Origin: Actinomycetes bacterium
GTDB taxonomy: Bacteria; Actinomycetota; Actinomycetes; Jiangellales; Jiangellaceae
Length of the DNA stretch: 64,000 nt
Assembly (NCBI GenBank): GCA_021793295.1
Contig: JAJYTA010000004.1
Location: 442 to 64,441 of the forward strand
Direction: 5' to 3'
Both the position numbers and the translations under genes were made by a program. The notes beneath the pieces are model-generated. The model was not told the DNA's origin. It made no database searches and was given only the letters and a program-made list of their open reading frames with translations. Below are positions 10,348 to 23,190 of the stretch, piece by piece (position 1 is the first letter of the stretch; every line of letters begins with the position of its first letter).

Positions 10348-12083
10348 TGCGGCGGGCCGGTACGGTGGCCGCGGTGGGTACTCTCGCGCTGACCGGCGTC
10401 GTGGCCAGCCCGGCCGGTGCTGACGACGGCCTGGCGCGGTTCGACCGGCCGCAGTCGGGGTTCATGCCGCCTGCCACCGTGCTCGAGCAGGCCGAGCCGG
10501 CCGATGCCGGTCTCGACCCGGCTCGGATCGAGGCCTTGACCGCGGCAGCGGCGTCCTACACCGAGCCCGCACCGGGCGCGGATCACCCGCTGTACGCCAG
10601 CTCCGTGGTGCTGGCCGCCCACGACGGGCAGATCGTGGCCGAGGACGCCGCCGGCTGGTCGCTCCGCTACGCCGACGCCGACGGGACGCCGCTGCCCCCG
10701 GACAAGCGGGTGGCGGCGACCACCGACACCATCTACGACCTGGCATCGGTCTCGAAGCTGTTCACCACCATCGTCGTCCTGCAGCAGGTGGAGGCCGGGC
10801 TGATCGACCTGGACGCGCCCGTGGCCGATTACCTTCCGCCGTTCGCGGCGAACGGCAAGCAGGACATCACCGTGCGGCAGTTGCTGACGCACACCAGCGG
10901 CCTGGTCTCCTGGCTGCCGTTGTGGCGTGAGCCCTCGAACCAGGCGCGGTTCGACGCCGTCATGAACGCCACGCCCGAAGCCGAGCCGGGCACTGCGTAC
11001 GAGTACTCCGACCTCAACATGATCACCGCGGGGTGGGTCGCCGAGGAAGTCACTGGACGCGGCCTGGCTGAGCTGGTGCGTGAAGGCATCACCGACCCGC
11101 TCGGCATGGACGACACCGGCTACAACCCGGCACCGGAACTGCTGCCGCGGATCGCGGCCACCGAGTTCCAGGCCGTCCCCGACCGCGGCATGGTGCATGG
11201 CGAGGTTCATGACGAGAACGCCTGGTCGTTCGGTGGCGTCGCGGGACACGCGGGCGTGTTCGGCACCGTCGACGACCTCGCCCGGCTCGCGCAGGCGATC
11301 CTGAACGGCGGAGCATACGACGGCGCTCGCATCCTCGACCGCGCCACGGTCGAGGCGATGCTCACCAACGAGAACGAGGCGTTCCCCGGCAACGATCACG
11401 GGCTGGGCTTCGAGCTGAACCAACGCTGGTTCATGGACGCGCTGTCCTCGCCGTCCACGGCCGGACACACCGGGTACACCGGCACGAGCATGGTCATCGA
11501 TCTACAGTCGCGCTCGTTCGTCATCCTGCTGACCAACCGGGTGCACCCCTCGCGGGACTGGGGCTCGATCAACCCGGCTCGCCGGGATGTCGCCCACGAA
11601 CTGGCCTACGCGCTCGCCGTCGCACCTCGCTCCGGTGACACCTCGTGGGCGGCGGCCGACGGCGGATCGGCCACGTCGACGCTCGACCTGCCGGTCCGGT
11701 TGCAGGGCACGTCGACGGTGACGTTCGACCTGTTCGCCGACACCGAGAGCACCGACCTGCTCAGCCTGCAGATCTCCACCGATGACGGCGAGAGCTGGGA
11801 GCCGGTGCCGTTCACCGCCCGCCACGGTGACGAGCGGATCGAGGCCGACGACGGCGTGGTCAGCGGATACCACGGGCGGCATTGGTGGCCGGCGCGAGCG
11901 GAGCTGCCGGGTGTGTCCGGCGACGCGGTGCTGCGCTGGACCTACACGACCGACCCGCTCTACGAGGGCCGGGGCGTGCACGTGGACGACGTCAAGGTGC
12001 GGACCCGGGGTCTGCCGACGTTCCACGGCGAGAAGCACCCCGAGGCGTTCACCGCCGACGGCTGGTCGCTCGTGGCCCGCTGA
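10344..12083 (+). CDS. Secreted class C beta-lactamase-like serine hydrolase (AmiE-like) with C-terminal beta-sandwich
   Basis: SVSK, YSD, LLTHTSG, GHAG and HTGYTG motifs; overlaps namZ stop by 4 nt. Confidence 0.85.
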   Translation: MMRRAGTVAAVGTLALTGVVASPAGADDGLARFDRPQSGFMPPATVLEQAEPADAGLDPARIEALTAAAASYTEPAPGADHPLYASSVVLAAHDGQIVAEDAAGWSLRYADADGTPLPPDKRVAATTDTIYDLASVSKLFTTIVVLQQVEAGLIDLDAPVADYLPPFAANGKQDITVRQLLTHTSGLVSWLPLWREPSNQARFDAVMNATPEAEPGTAYEYSDLNMITAGWVAEEVTGRGLAELVREGITDPLGMDDTGYNPAPELLPRIAATEFQAVPDRGMVHGEVHDENAWSFGGVAGHAGVFGTVDDLARLAQAILNGGAYDGARILDRATVEAMLTNENEAFPGNDHGLGFELNQRWFMDALSSPSTAGHTGYTGTSMVIDLQSRSFVILLTNRVHPSRDWGSINPARRDVAHELAYALAVAPRSGDTSWAAADGGSATSTLDLPVRLQGTSTVTFDLFADTESTDLLSLQISTDDGESWEPVPFTARHGDERIEADDGVVSGYHGRHWWPARAELPGVSGDAVLRWTYTTDPLYEGRGVHVDDVKVRTRGLPTFHGEKHPEAFTADGWSLVAR

Positions 12084-12094
12084 CGGCCGCGGGT

Positions 12095-12883
12095 TCAGAT
12101 GACGTCGATGAGGTCGGCAACCGAGTCGATCACGTGATTCGGCTGGAACGGGTACCGGTCGATCTCAGCGCGCGTCGTCGAGCCAGTCAATACCAGGTAG
12201 GTCGACAGGCCGGCCTCGATGCCCGCCACGATGTCGGTGTCCATCCGGTCGCCCACCATGGCGGTGGTCTCCGAGTGCGCCTCGATGCGGTTCAGCGCGC
12301 TGCGGAACATCATCGGGTTGGGCTTGCCCACGTAATAGGGGTCTCGTTGGGTCGCGCGGGTGATCATGGCCGCCACGGCGCCGGTCGCCGGTAGCGGCCC
12401 TTCGGGGGACGGGCCGGTGGAGTCCGGGTTCGTCGCGATGAACCGGGCGCCGCCGCCGATGAGCCGGATCGCCCTGGTGATGGCCTCGAAGGAGTACGTC
12501 CGGGTCTCACCGAGCACGACGTAGTCGGGGTCGGTGTCCGTCAGCACGTAGCCCACCTCGTGCAACGCCGTCGTCAGGCCGGCCTCGCCGATGACGTAGG
12601 CGGTGCCGTGCGGCTTCTGGTCGTCGAGGAACTGAGCTGTGGCCAGCGCGGAGGTCCAGATGGACTCCTCCGGCAGGTTGATACCGGATGATCTGGCCAG
12701 GCGGGCCTGCAGGTCTCTGGGTGTGTAGATCGAGTTGTTGGTCAGCACGAGGAACCGCCGTTCACGGTCGGCCAGCCGCTGCAGGAATTCCGCTGCTCCG
12801 GGGATGGCCTGTTGCTCGTGCACCAGAACGCCGTCCATGTCGGTCAGCCAGCATTCGATCTTCCGCTCACTCACGTTTCCCAC
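12095..12883 (-). CDS. HAD-IIA (NagD-family) hydrolase
   Basis: DMDGVL, GKPNP and GDRMDTD motifs. Confidence 0.93.
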   Translation of the reverse strand: MGNVSERKIECWLTDMDGVLVHEQQAIPGAAEFLQRLADRERRFLVLTNNSIYTPRDLQARLARSSGINLPEESIWTSALATAQFLDDQKPHGTAYVIGEAGLTTALHEVGYVLTDTDPDYVVLGETRTYSFEAITRAIRLIGGGARFIATNPDSTGPSPEGPLPATGAVAAMITRATQRDPYYVGKPNPMMFRSALNRIEAHSETTAMVGDRMDTDIVAGIEAGLSTYLVLTGSTTRAEIDRYPFQPNHVIDSVADLIDVI

Positions 12884-13064
12884 TGTAGGTGCCTCCCACG
12901 CCCAGTGTCGGGCTCACGATTCTGAGGCTCTACCCTCTGACGGGAAGACCAACCGCGATCTGTTGCCCAGCCGGTATCGAATTGTGAAGCGGGCGTACGG
13001 CTGTCGGGCCCATCAGGTAAGGTCGGCCCGGTTTACCGAACACTTCACATCAGGAGATCACCTA

Positions 13065-13475
13065 ATGAATCGTGTCACCAAGGTCGCGTCGATCCTCGGG
13101 GCCACCGCGCTCGTCATGTCGGTGACGGCCTGCGGCAGCGACGGCGGCGACTACTGCGACGAGCTCAAGAACACCGAGTCCGAGCTCTCCGACGCCGACA
13201 CCGCCCTGACCGACCCCGGCGCGTTGTCGGACATGACCGAGAAGCTGGAATCGGTCGCCGATTCGGCCCCCGACGAGGTCAAGGAGGACTGGACCGCGGT
13301 GACCGACGCGTTCACCACGCTGTCCGAGCTCGACGTCGACTTCAACGACCCCGAGGCCATGAGCGACCCGGAGGTCATGGAGCAGCTGGAGGGCATGGCT
13401 GACGTCCAGACGAACTTCGAGAACATCGCCACGCACGCCGAGGAAGAGTGCGACGTGGACATGGGCACGCTCTGA
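13065..13475 (+). CDS. Small acidic lipoprotein
   Basis: AGGAG SD, lipobox VTAC, two further Cys (YCD..ECD), helical acidic body. Confidence 0.8.
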   Translation: MNRVTKVASILGATALVMSVTACGSDGGDYCDELKNTESELSDADTALTDPGALSDMTEKLESVADSAPDEVKEDWTAVTDAFTTLSELDVDFNDPEAMSDPEVMEQLEGMADVQTNFENIATHAEEECDVDMGTL

Positions 13476-13521
13476 CGGACCCGTCACTCGCGGACGGATT
13501 CGTTCGCACCGGGTGAGCCGA

Positions 13522-13558
13522 AACGGCCCCGCCTCCCGATTCGGGAAGCGGGGCCGTT
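13522..13558. terminator. Bidirectional terminator hairpin
   Basis: AACGGCCCCGC...GCGGGGCCGTT with inner TCCCGA/TCGGGA, between convergent genes. Confidence 0.75.
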
Positions 13559-13578
13559 CTCGTACTGCCGTCGTGCGG

Positions 13579-16119
<2,541 letters not shown>

Positions 16120-16433
16120 CAGTGGCGCTCCTTGCCGAGCGGTCGGCTGTGAGGGCTGCAAGCTCCCACATCTGACCATTCGATGCTATATCCGCCCCCG
16201 GTCGCATCCCCGATGGTGCGCCCGGGGAGTGAGACATGGTGCGGACCTGTCTTACGTTCCGTGCCGTAAGAACACCACGTACGGCGCCCGATGTTCCACT
16301 CCAGAGCACTCAGCAGGCCCGCGTTCGCTGCAGGCGAAGCCAGGGCGCAGCCTGCTGACCGCGCCAGTGGCCATCGGGGCGGGCTCCGTAAAGTGGCTCG
16401 CGGGCCGTCGGTCACGAAAGTCGGGAGTCGTGG

Positions 16434-17831
16434 GTGGGCATCGTGCGTCATCGTCCGGCGTGGGCCGGCGCTGCCCTACTGGCTGTGGCCGCGCTGGCCG
16501 GCTGCACCGGGGGCGTGGACACGGCGTCGTCTCCGGCGACCTCGACGGCACACGACGCCGGCTCGAAACCGGGCACCGCGCAGTTGCCGGACTCCCCCGT
16601 CGGACGGCAGGCGCGATGGGTCCTCGACGAGCTCGGCCACGACACGGGACCGGCGGTCGACGTGGCCGCGGAGCGATTCGCCGCGGAATTCCTCACCGAG
16701 GTCCCGGCTGATGACGTCAGGACGGTCTTCGACCAGTTGCGCCCGCTCGGCCCGTGGCGCCCGGTGAGCGTGGACGTCACCGGGCGGGACGCGGTGGTCG
16801 GGCTGCTCGACGGCTCCGGACGGTCGTGGCGCATGGTCATCTCGGTGGATGCCGACGGCGACATCACCACCCTGGTCGTCCAGCCCGCGCCCGGCGCCGA
16901 GGCCCCGGCGGCGTCGACGTGGCAGGACCTGCACGATCAGCTCACGGCGCTCGACGCGGACGTCGGGCTGTTGGCGGCGCGCGTCACCGATGCCGGCCGA
17001 TGCGAGCCGATCAGCCGGATCGACCCCCGCTCTCCCCGGCCGATCGCGTCGATCTTCAAGTTGTACGTGCTCGGCGCGCTCGCTACCGCCGTGGCCGACG
17101 GCGACGTCGCCTGGAGCGACCAGCTGACCATCACCGACGACACCCGCAGTCTGCCGACCGGTGAGCTGCAGAACGAGCCTGACGGCACCGGAGTGTCGGT
17201 GGCTGAAGCCGCCGCCGGCATGATCGCCGTCAGTGACAACACCGGAGCCGACCTCCTGGCCCTGTTGCTGGGTCGCGACGCCGTCGAAGCGGCGATGGCC
17301 GACATGGGCCACGCGGATCCGCAGCTGAACACGCCGTTCCTGACCACTCGGGAATTGTTCTCGGTGGGGTGGGGCCCCGGAGGGCTCCGCGACCGGTGGG
17401 CAGCAGCCGACACAGCCGGTCGCCAGCAGATGCTGGCCGGGCTACCGTCCGGCGCATTGCCGCTGAGCGCGAGCGACGTGCGCGATCCGGCCTGGCCGGC
17501 CGGCGTCGGGTGGTTCGCGTCGGCCGCTGACGTCTGCGCGGCGTTGGTCTCGCTGCACGAAGAGACCGGCACGGCGAACGACCAGCAGCTGCGCGACATT
17601 CTCAGCAGCAATCGCGGCGTGAACATCGACTCCGACATGTGGCCCTACGTCGCGTTCAAAGGTGGCAGCGCGCCTGGGGTGGTCACGGGGTCGTGGTACG
17701 CCGAACGCGTGGACGGGCACCGATTCGTCTACGTCATGCTGGCTGCGGCCGCCGAGCCCTCGGCGCTCGCCGATCACACCGCGTTCTTCCAGCTCGCTGA
17801 GGACGCCTTCGACCTGCTCGCCGAGCAGTGA
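16434..17831 (+). CDS. LpqF/Cpe-like lipoprotein serine hydrolase (class A beta-lactamase fold)
   Basis: Lipobox LAGC, SIFK, SDN and KGG motifs. Confidence 0.8.
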   Translation: MGIVRHRPAWAGAALLAVAALAGCTGGVDTASSPATSTAHDAGSKPGTAQLPDSPVGRQARWVLDELGHDTGPAVDVAAERFAAEFLTEVPADDVRTVFDQLRPLGPWRPVSVDVTGRDAVVGLLDGSGRSWRMVISVDADGDITTLVVQPAPGAEAPAASTWQDLHDQLTALDADVGLLAARVTDAGRCEPISRIDPRSPRPIASIFKLYVLGALATAVADGDVAWSDQLTITDDTRSLPTGELQNEPDGTGVSVAEAAAGMIAVSDNTGADLLALLLGRDAVEAAMADMGHADPQLNTPFLTTRELFSVGWGPGGLRDRWAAADTAGRQQMLAGLPSGALPLSASDVRDPAWPAGVGWFASAADVCAALVSLHEETGTANDQQLRDILSSNRGVNIDSDMWPYVAFKGGSAPGVVTGSWYAERVDGHRFVYVMLAAAAEPSALADHTAFFQLAEDAFDLLAEQ

Positions 17832-17890
17832 ACACGTAGGGAGCGGATGCCGTCGGTCGTCACTGGTGTGGCGGGCGTGCCGCCCCAAGC

Positions 17891-18223
17891 TCACCAGGGG
17901 CCGTACGGCCCGTCGTGGGTGGTGGAGCCCCGGCGTCCGCCACCCACGGCGCGCACGGCGGGGCGTACGTCGACGAGATAGACCGCGGCGCCGACGACGC
18001 CGATGATGTTGAGGAAGAACAGCGGCGCCGGGAAGACGGCCAGTTCGACCACCGTCGCCACACCGAGAATGCCCAGCCAGATCGGCTTGGTCAGCTTTCC
18101 GGCCGCAGGGAACGCTCGCGTGGGAACCCGGGCGGCGTCGATCAGGGCGTAGCCCTTCAATGCCAAGGCGGCCACGCCGAGCGACACCAACAGCCACGAC
18201 TGGAAGTCCCCGAACGTGTTCAC
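17891..18223 (-). CDS. DUF2516 family membrane protein
   Basis: AFPAAGKLTKPIWLGIL and VYLVDVRPAVR; GTG at 18223. Confidence 0.85.
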   Translation of the reverse strand: MNTFGDFQSWLLVSLGVAALALKGYALIDAARVPTRAFPAAGKLTKPIWLGILGVATVVELAVFPAPLFFLNIIGVVGAAVYLVDVRPAVRAVGGGRRGSTTHDGPYGPW

Positions 18224-18317
18224 GCGTCCACTGTACGTGACGCCGCTCGACAGCCAAGGAGTGCTTTGTCGCGGATTTCCGCTGTCGAACTCCGCAGGCT
18301 GCCGGCGACGACGACGG

Positions 18318-18806
18318 TCAGCGTGACTTGCGCTTCTGACTGAACGTGTCGGCAGCCTTCTCCGTGACCTCGGCGACCTCGTCGGCAGCACCGGCCACGT
18401 ACCCTCGCACGTTCGCCACGACGGTGTGCACGGCGGGGCCGTACTGGCCGCGCAGCCGCTCGACGACGCCCTCGCCGCGCACAGAGAGCTCGCCGTAGGT
18501 CTTGACGGCCTCACGCGAGGCGGTTTCGACGCGCTCGCGCAGCCGCTGCGGAAGGTCGGCGGCTCGCCCCTGCGCCTGCAGGACCAGTTCGGGGAAGCTG
18601 GCGCGCCACGCCTTGACATCGGCCGGCAGCTCGTTGAACCGGCGGCGCACGTCCGCCCGCAGCTCGTCGTCGCCGACCACGCCGGATACGCGTGTCGGCA
18701 GCTCACGCAAGGTGGCGACCGCGGCGTCGGCGGCGCCGGCCATCGCGTAGAGCGGGTTTCGCTCGGCCGCTGGGGCCTCGGTCTCGGTGGTGTGAACGTC
18801 GGTCAT
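18318..18806 (-). CDS. HBHA/TadA-like coiled-coil protein
   Basis: PLYAMAGAAD and YGELSVRGEGVVERLR motifs; lies between XRE and DUF2516 as Rv0474-hbhA-Rv0476 do. Confidence 0.7.
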   Translation of the reverse strand: MTDVHTTETEAPAAERNPLYAMAGAADAAVATLRELPTRVSGVVGDDELRADVRRRFNELPADVKAWRASFPELVLQAQGRAADLPQRLRERVETASREAVKTYGELSVRGEGVVERLRGQYGPAVHTVVANVRGYVAGAADEVAEVTEKAADTFSQKRKSR

Positions 18807-18811
18807 GGAAG

Positions 18812-19165
18812 TCACCCTTCTTCGGTCCGCTCGCCGCGCCGGGCGGCGACGAACGAGGCATAGACGTCGAGCAGCGCGCGCTTTTGCTGCTCGTCGAGGA
18901 TCGGGTCGGCGAGGATGGCGTCCTGGACGTCGCTGACCCCGCTCGGTTCGTCGAGCAGACCCGCCCGCACGTACAGCGCCTCGGACGAGATCCGCAGCGC
19001 CTTGGCGATCTGGTGCAGCACGTCGGCCGACGGCTTACGCAGCCCACGCTCGATCTGGCTCAGATACGGGTTGCTGACTCCGGTCAGGTCGGCGAGCTGT
19101 CGCAACGACAGCTGCGCACTGCGACGTTGCTCGCGCAGGAACTCGCCGATGTCCACCTTCGCCAT
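18812..19165 (-). CDS. XRE-family HTH regulator (Rv0474-like)
   Basis: LSLRQLADLTGVSNPYLSQIERGLRKPSA; TAGCAT -10 element 6 nt before ATG suggests a leaderless mRNA. Confidence 0.92.
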   Translation of the reverse strand: MAKVDIGEFLREQRRSAQLSLRQLADLTGVSNPYLSQIERGLRKPSADVLHQIAKALRISSEALYVRAGLLDEPSGVSDVQDAILADPILDEQQKRALLDVYASFVAARRGERTEEG

Positions 19166-19227
19166 ACCACGATGCTAGCTAACAATTGCAAGCATTCGCA
19201 AACTAACAGCTAGCACCCGGACGGTTG

Positions 19228-20604
19228 TCACCGCGGAATCGGCACCACCGGCAGCCCGTCGGTGAGCTCGGTCAACGTGAGCAGGACGAGCGACGACGTC
19301 CAGGCCAACGGCGCCACCGAGGCCGGCTCGGCACTGGAGTCGACCTTCTCGGGCAGCGACCCGTGCGGGGTCCGGTAGGTGTCGAGGAACGTCAGCAGCC
19401 GCTCCGCATGATCCCGTTCGCCCTGGCCGGCCAGCGCCAGAGCCAGCAGGCCGGTCTCGGGAGTCCAGGCCACCCCGACGTCCTTGGTCCACGCCTCACC
19501 GGGTCGGTGCCCACCGTTCGGAACCCGCAGGGCCTCCTCGGCTGAGACCACGGCATCGCGCACGGCAGAGGCCGGCGGCGCGAACGGCGGGGCGAGGAAG
19601 GTCACCGCGGCGTCAGCTCCCCCGTCCGGCAACGTCCGGGGGTAACCATGCGAGCCGAACCGCTCGTGCAGGGCGGCGTCGAGCCGGGCCGAAGCCGCGC
19701 GCCACGCGGTGTCGTCGACCCCCAACTCCGGGGCGAGCGCGATGGCGGCGTGCAGCCCCGAGGCCAACGGCGCCGCCACCCCGAGGGTCACCTCCGACTC
19801 GGACTTCTCCCAGTAATCCGACGACACCTCGGGCAGCCCGTCCTCGTCGAGCGAGTCGACGATGGCATCGGCCGAATCCACCGCCGCCTCGCGCATCGTG
19901 TCGATGACGTCGGCAGCCAGGTCGTCGTCGGGCTCGGAACGCAGGAAGGTCCACAGCGCCCACAGCACCCAGCCGGCCCCGTCCAGCTGCTGCGGCCGGT
20001 CATCGGGCGGACCACTGCCGTCGGTCCGGTATCGCGCCTCCCACCGGCCGTCCTCCGGCGCCACCCCGGCCAGGAAGCCGAACACGTCAGCGGCGTCGTC
20101 ATGGTGCCCGGTGACCGCGAAGGCAGCGATGGCGAACGAGGCGTCGCGCGGCCACACGTACCGCCACGACGACACCGGAGCCGCCATCAGCGCTCCGGAG
20201 TCCGACGTCAGCGCGCGGAGATCGAGCAGGGCTCGTTCGGCCATGTCCGCGTACTCGGTGCGCTCGCCCGGAATGGTGCCGGCGCGAAGCCAAGCACGGT
20301 CAGCCGCGACGCGGCGGGCCACGGCCGGGTCGTGGTGGTCCGCCGTGCTCAAGACGCTGGTTCCGGGCACGAACGTCGCCGACGACGACGGCGCCACCGT
20401 CGCCGTCTCACCGGAGGGCTCCACCTCGATGCCGCTGGCACGCAGGTCCAGAACCGTTCCGCTGGTCGGCGCCATGCTGACGGCGGCGATGACGATGATC
20501 ACCGCCGCAAGTCCGATTCGCCATGCGTAACGGCGCAGGAAGAGCACGTCGCCACGGTACATCGCGCGCCGCCTCTGGCGCCGTGCGGAGGTCGCGGCGA
20601 TCAC
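19228..20604 (-). CDS. Exported/membrane-anchored GH15-like glycoside hydrolase
   Basis: [13 protein letters not shown] and LPEKV..PLAW motifs; N-terminal hydrophobic segment; start overlaps upstream stop. Confidence 0.75.
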   Translation of the reverse strand: MIAATSARRQRRRAMYRGDVLFLRRYAWRIGLAAVIIVIAAVSMAPTSGTVLDLRASGIEVEPSGETATVAPSSSATFVPGTSVLSTADHHDPAVARRVAADRAWLRAGTIPGERTEYADMAERALLDLRALTSDSGALMAAPVSSWRYVWPRDASFAIAAFAVTGHHDDAADVFGFLAGVAPEDGRWEARYRTDGSGPPDDRPQQLDGAGWVLWALWTFLRSEPDDDLAADVIDTMREAAVDSADAIVDSLDEDGLPEVSSDYWEKSESEVTLGVAAPLASGLHAAIALAPELGVDDTAWRAASARLDAALHERFGSHGYPRTLPDGGADAAVTFLAPPFAPPASAVRDAVVSAEEALRVPNGGHRPGEAWTKDVGVAWTPETGLLALALAGQGERDHAERLLTFLDTYRTPHGSLPEKVDSSAEPASVAPLAWTSSLVLLTLTELTDGLPVVPIPR

Positions 20605-21617
20605 CAGGACCGCGCGGCGCGAACCTCTCCCACCACGGCACCGCCGCCTCGCACCGGAACCGTCGCGAGCTCGGCCGGCACCGAAGCGTCGACGCCCAGC
20701 CGCTCGAGCGCCGCGACCAGAGCGACCATGCGCGCCCGCGCGCCGCCGTCGTCGATCTTGACCGCGACCGCTCGTCCGTCCGGCAGCCCGGCCGCCAGCA
20801 CGGCTTCGGCGCCACCCTTGCAGAACAGCCCCGGCACGCTGCGGATGAGTTTCGCCTCGTCGCGGGACGTCCCGCTGACGAACTCCGGGTGCATCCTGAT
20901 CGCGTCCACCACGCGCCGCTCCGGGCTACCGCTCGGCGCCGTGGCCAACGCCTGGTACATCCGCGCCAGCCCGGTCAGCGTCAGTGCGAACAGCGGCGCA
21001 CCACAGCCGTCCACGCCGGTGTGCGAGACCGGTTCGCCGGCCAGTTCGGCGACCGTGGCTCGAATCGCCGTCTGCAGTGGATGCGCGGAGTCGAGGTAGT
21101 CCGCCGTCGACCACCCGTTGACCACGCACGTGAGCAACATCGCGGCATGCTTGCCGGAGCAATCGGCGGCCAGAGCGGACTCGTGCTCGCCCTGCCTGGC
21201 CATCGCCAGCATGGAAGCGGTGTCGCCGGGCCACCCGGGGGTGTTCTGGAGCGCGGACTCCTCGAGCCCGGCTTTGCCCAAGATGTCCAGCGCGCCGTGC
21301 CGGTGAAACCGCTCACCGGAGTGGCTGGCCGCGGCCAACGCGAGCAGCTCACCCTCCAGCGGCAGCCCGAGCCGGGCCATCGCCACCGCCTGCGCCGGCT
21401 TGTTCGCCGAGCGCGGATACATCGGCACGTCGACGTCTCCGGCCTGGAGCACGACCGAGCCGTCGGCATCCACCGCCACGACCGAACCGTGATGCCTGGA
21501 CTCCACGAGACCCGACCGGACGACCTCGGCCACGACGACGGTCCGGGTCGGCCCGTGGGATGGTTCCCGGACTGGCTCCTGGACTGGTTCCCGGGCTGGT
21601 TCCTGGGCTGGCCTCAC
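20601..21617 (-). CDS. L-asparaginase II family protein
   Basis: [26 protein letters not shown] and KGGAE motifs. Confidence 0.88.
   Translation of the reverse strand: MRPAQEPAREPVQEPVREPSHGPTRTVVVAEVVRSGLVESRHHGSVVAVDADGSVVLQAGDVDVPMYPRSANKPAQAVAMARLGLPLEGELLALAAASHSGERFHRHGALDILGKAGLEESALQNTPGWPGDTASMLAMARQGEHESALAADCSGKHAAMLLTCVVNGWSTADYLDSAHPLQTAIRATVAELAGEPVSHTGVDGCGAPLFALTLTGLARMYQALATAPSGSPERRVVDAIRMHPEFVSGTSRDEAKLIRSVPGLFCKGGAEAVLAAGLPDGRAVAVKIDDGGARARMVALVAALERLGVDASVPAELATVPVRGGGAVVGEVRAARSW
21561..21608. repeat. 4 x 12-bp tandem repeat in asparaginase N-terminus
   Basis: TGGTTCCCGGAC TGGCTCCTGGAC TGGTTCCCGGGC TGGTTCCTGGGC, encoding [AV][QR]EP x4. Confidence 0.8.
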
Positions 21618-21701
21618 GCGAACCTCCTCGTCTCGCGCTCGATCCTGTCACGGTGCCCCGCTGCAGGGTCGGCCACGTCGCCGGTGGCAAGATCTGTGAC
21701 C

Positions 21702-22139
21702 ATGCGTGCAGTGATCCAGCGAGTCACCTCGGCCTCGGTCAGCGTCGACGGTGACGTCGTCGGTGCCATCGATCCGGGGGACGGCGCACAGGGCCTGCTC
21801 GTCCTGGTGGGCGTCACCCACGACGACGACAACGACACGGCGGCGAAGCTGGCCCGCAAGGTGTGGGGCCTGCGCATCCTCGATGATGAGCGTTCCGCCT
21901 CCGACGTGGGCGCGCCGATCCTCGTGGTCAGCCAGTTCACGCTCTACGCCGACACCGCCAAGGGACGCCGCCCGTCGTGGGGCGCGGCCGCTCCCGGCCC
22001 GGTGTCCGAACCGCTGGTCGAGGCGTTCGTCGCCGCGCTTCGCGACCTGGGTGCTGACGTCGCCACCGGCGTGTTCGGCGCGGACATGCAGGTCAGCTTG
22101 GTCAACGACGGCCCGGTGACGCTGATCGTCGACGTCTGA
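21702..22139 (+). CDS. dtd: D-aminoacyl-tRNA deacylase
   Basis: MRAVIQRV start, SQFTL and NDGPVT motifs. Confidence 0.97.
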   Translation: MRAVIQRVTSASVSVDGDVVGAIDPGDGAQGLLVLVGVTHDDDNDTAAKLARKVWGLRILDDERSASDVGAPILVVSQFTLYADTAKGRRPSWGAAAPGPVSEPLVEAFVAALRDLGADVATGVFGADMQVSLVNDGPVTLIVDV

Positions 22140-22153
22140 TCCCGCTGACGGCC

Positions 22154-23143
22154 TCAGCGCAGTTGCGGGCGGACGTGCAGCCCGACCTCAGGATCGACGA
22201 CGACCTCTTGGGCGGCAGCCACTCCCCCGGCCACCAGGTCGACGTCCACCGGCACGTTGCGCTTGACCACCGCGAGTGCGATCGGGCCGAGTTCGTGGTG
22301 ATGCATCGCCGTGCCGACGTAGCCCACGACTCGCTCGCCGTGGATGACGTCGTCACCGTGGGCGGGCAGGTGTTCCACCGAGCCGTCCAAATGCAGCAGA
22401 ACCAGCCGCCGCGGTGGCCGGCCCAGCGTGTGGACCCGAGCCACGGTCTCCTGGCCCCGGTAACACCCCTTGTCCAGGTGTACCGCGGTACCGATCCAGC
22501 CGACCTCGTGCGGAATGGTGCGTTCGTCGGTCTCGCGTCCCAACCGGGGCTCCCGGGCCTCGATCCGCAGGGCCTCGTAGGCCCAGACGCCGGCCGGCGA
22601 GCCGGCGGATCCGAGATAGCTCACCAGCTCGTCTCGGGGGACGAACACGTCGCGGCCACGGTCGGTGACCCGGGCCAGCAGCGTGGAAGGCTGCGCAAGC
22701 GGCTCCCACACGACGGCGTAGCGCTCGCTGACGTCGTCGACCTCGACCTGCGACCAGAACGTCATGGAACGCAAGTAACCGGTCAACGCCTCCGTGGTGC
22801 CGGGCTCGACGTGGAACCAGATCGCCTCGCCGTCGTCGACCCCGTACAGCGCGTGCTCCACCCGGCCGTTCGCGTCGAGGATCAACGCCGACGTCGCCTG
22901 CTGCGGCTCGAGGTGTTCCACGTGCTGGGTCAGCAGCTGGTGCAGCCAGCTCAAGCGATCGGGCCCGGCCACACGTACGACACCGCGGTGTGACAGGTCC
23001 ACCACGCCGTCACCGGCGGCCAGCATGCGCTGTTCGCGCAGCGGGTCACCGTAGTGCGCGGCGACCCCGGCGTCGGGTTCGGCCGCTGCCACGGCTCCGG
23101 GTCGGTCCAACCACGGGCTGCGATAGGTCTGATCGGCGCTCAT
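22154..23143 (-). CDS. ygfZ: YgfZ/GcvT folate-binding protein
   Basis: KGCYRGQE signature; start estimated at ATG 23143. Confidence 0.93.
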   Translation of the reverse strand: MSADQTYRSPWLDRPGAVAAAEPDAGVAAHYGDPLREQRMLAAGDGVVDLSHRGVVRVAGPDRLSWLHQLLTQHVEHLEPQQATSALILDANGRVEHALYGVDDGEAIWFHVEPGTTEALTGYLRSMTFWSQVEVDDVSERYAVVWEPLAQPSTLLARVTDRGRDVFVPRDELVSYLGSAGSPAGVWAYEALRIEAREPRLGRETDERTIPHEVGWIGTAVHLDKGCYRGQETVARVHTLGRPPRRLVLLHLDGSVEHLPAHGDDVIHGERVVGYVGTAMHHHELGPIALAVVKRNVPVDVDLVAGGVAAAQEVVVDPEVGLHVRPQLR

Positions 23144-23190
23144 ACTGCCTCCAACACCGACACCGGGCGCACCCATCCCGGTGGATCCGG

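Noticed and set aside
16120-16433. lsr2 or a small gene upstream of clpC
   Set aside because: No Lsr2-like translation in any frame; the short ORFs look non-coding.
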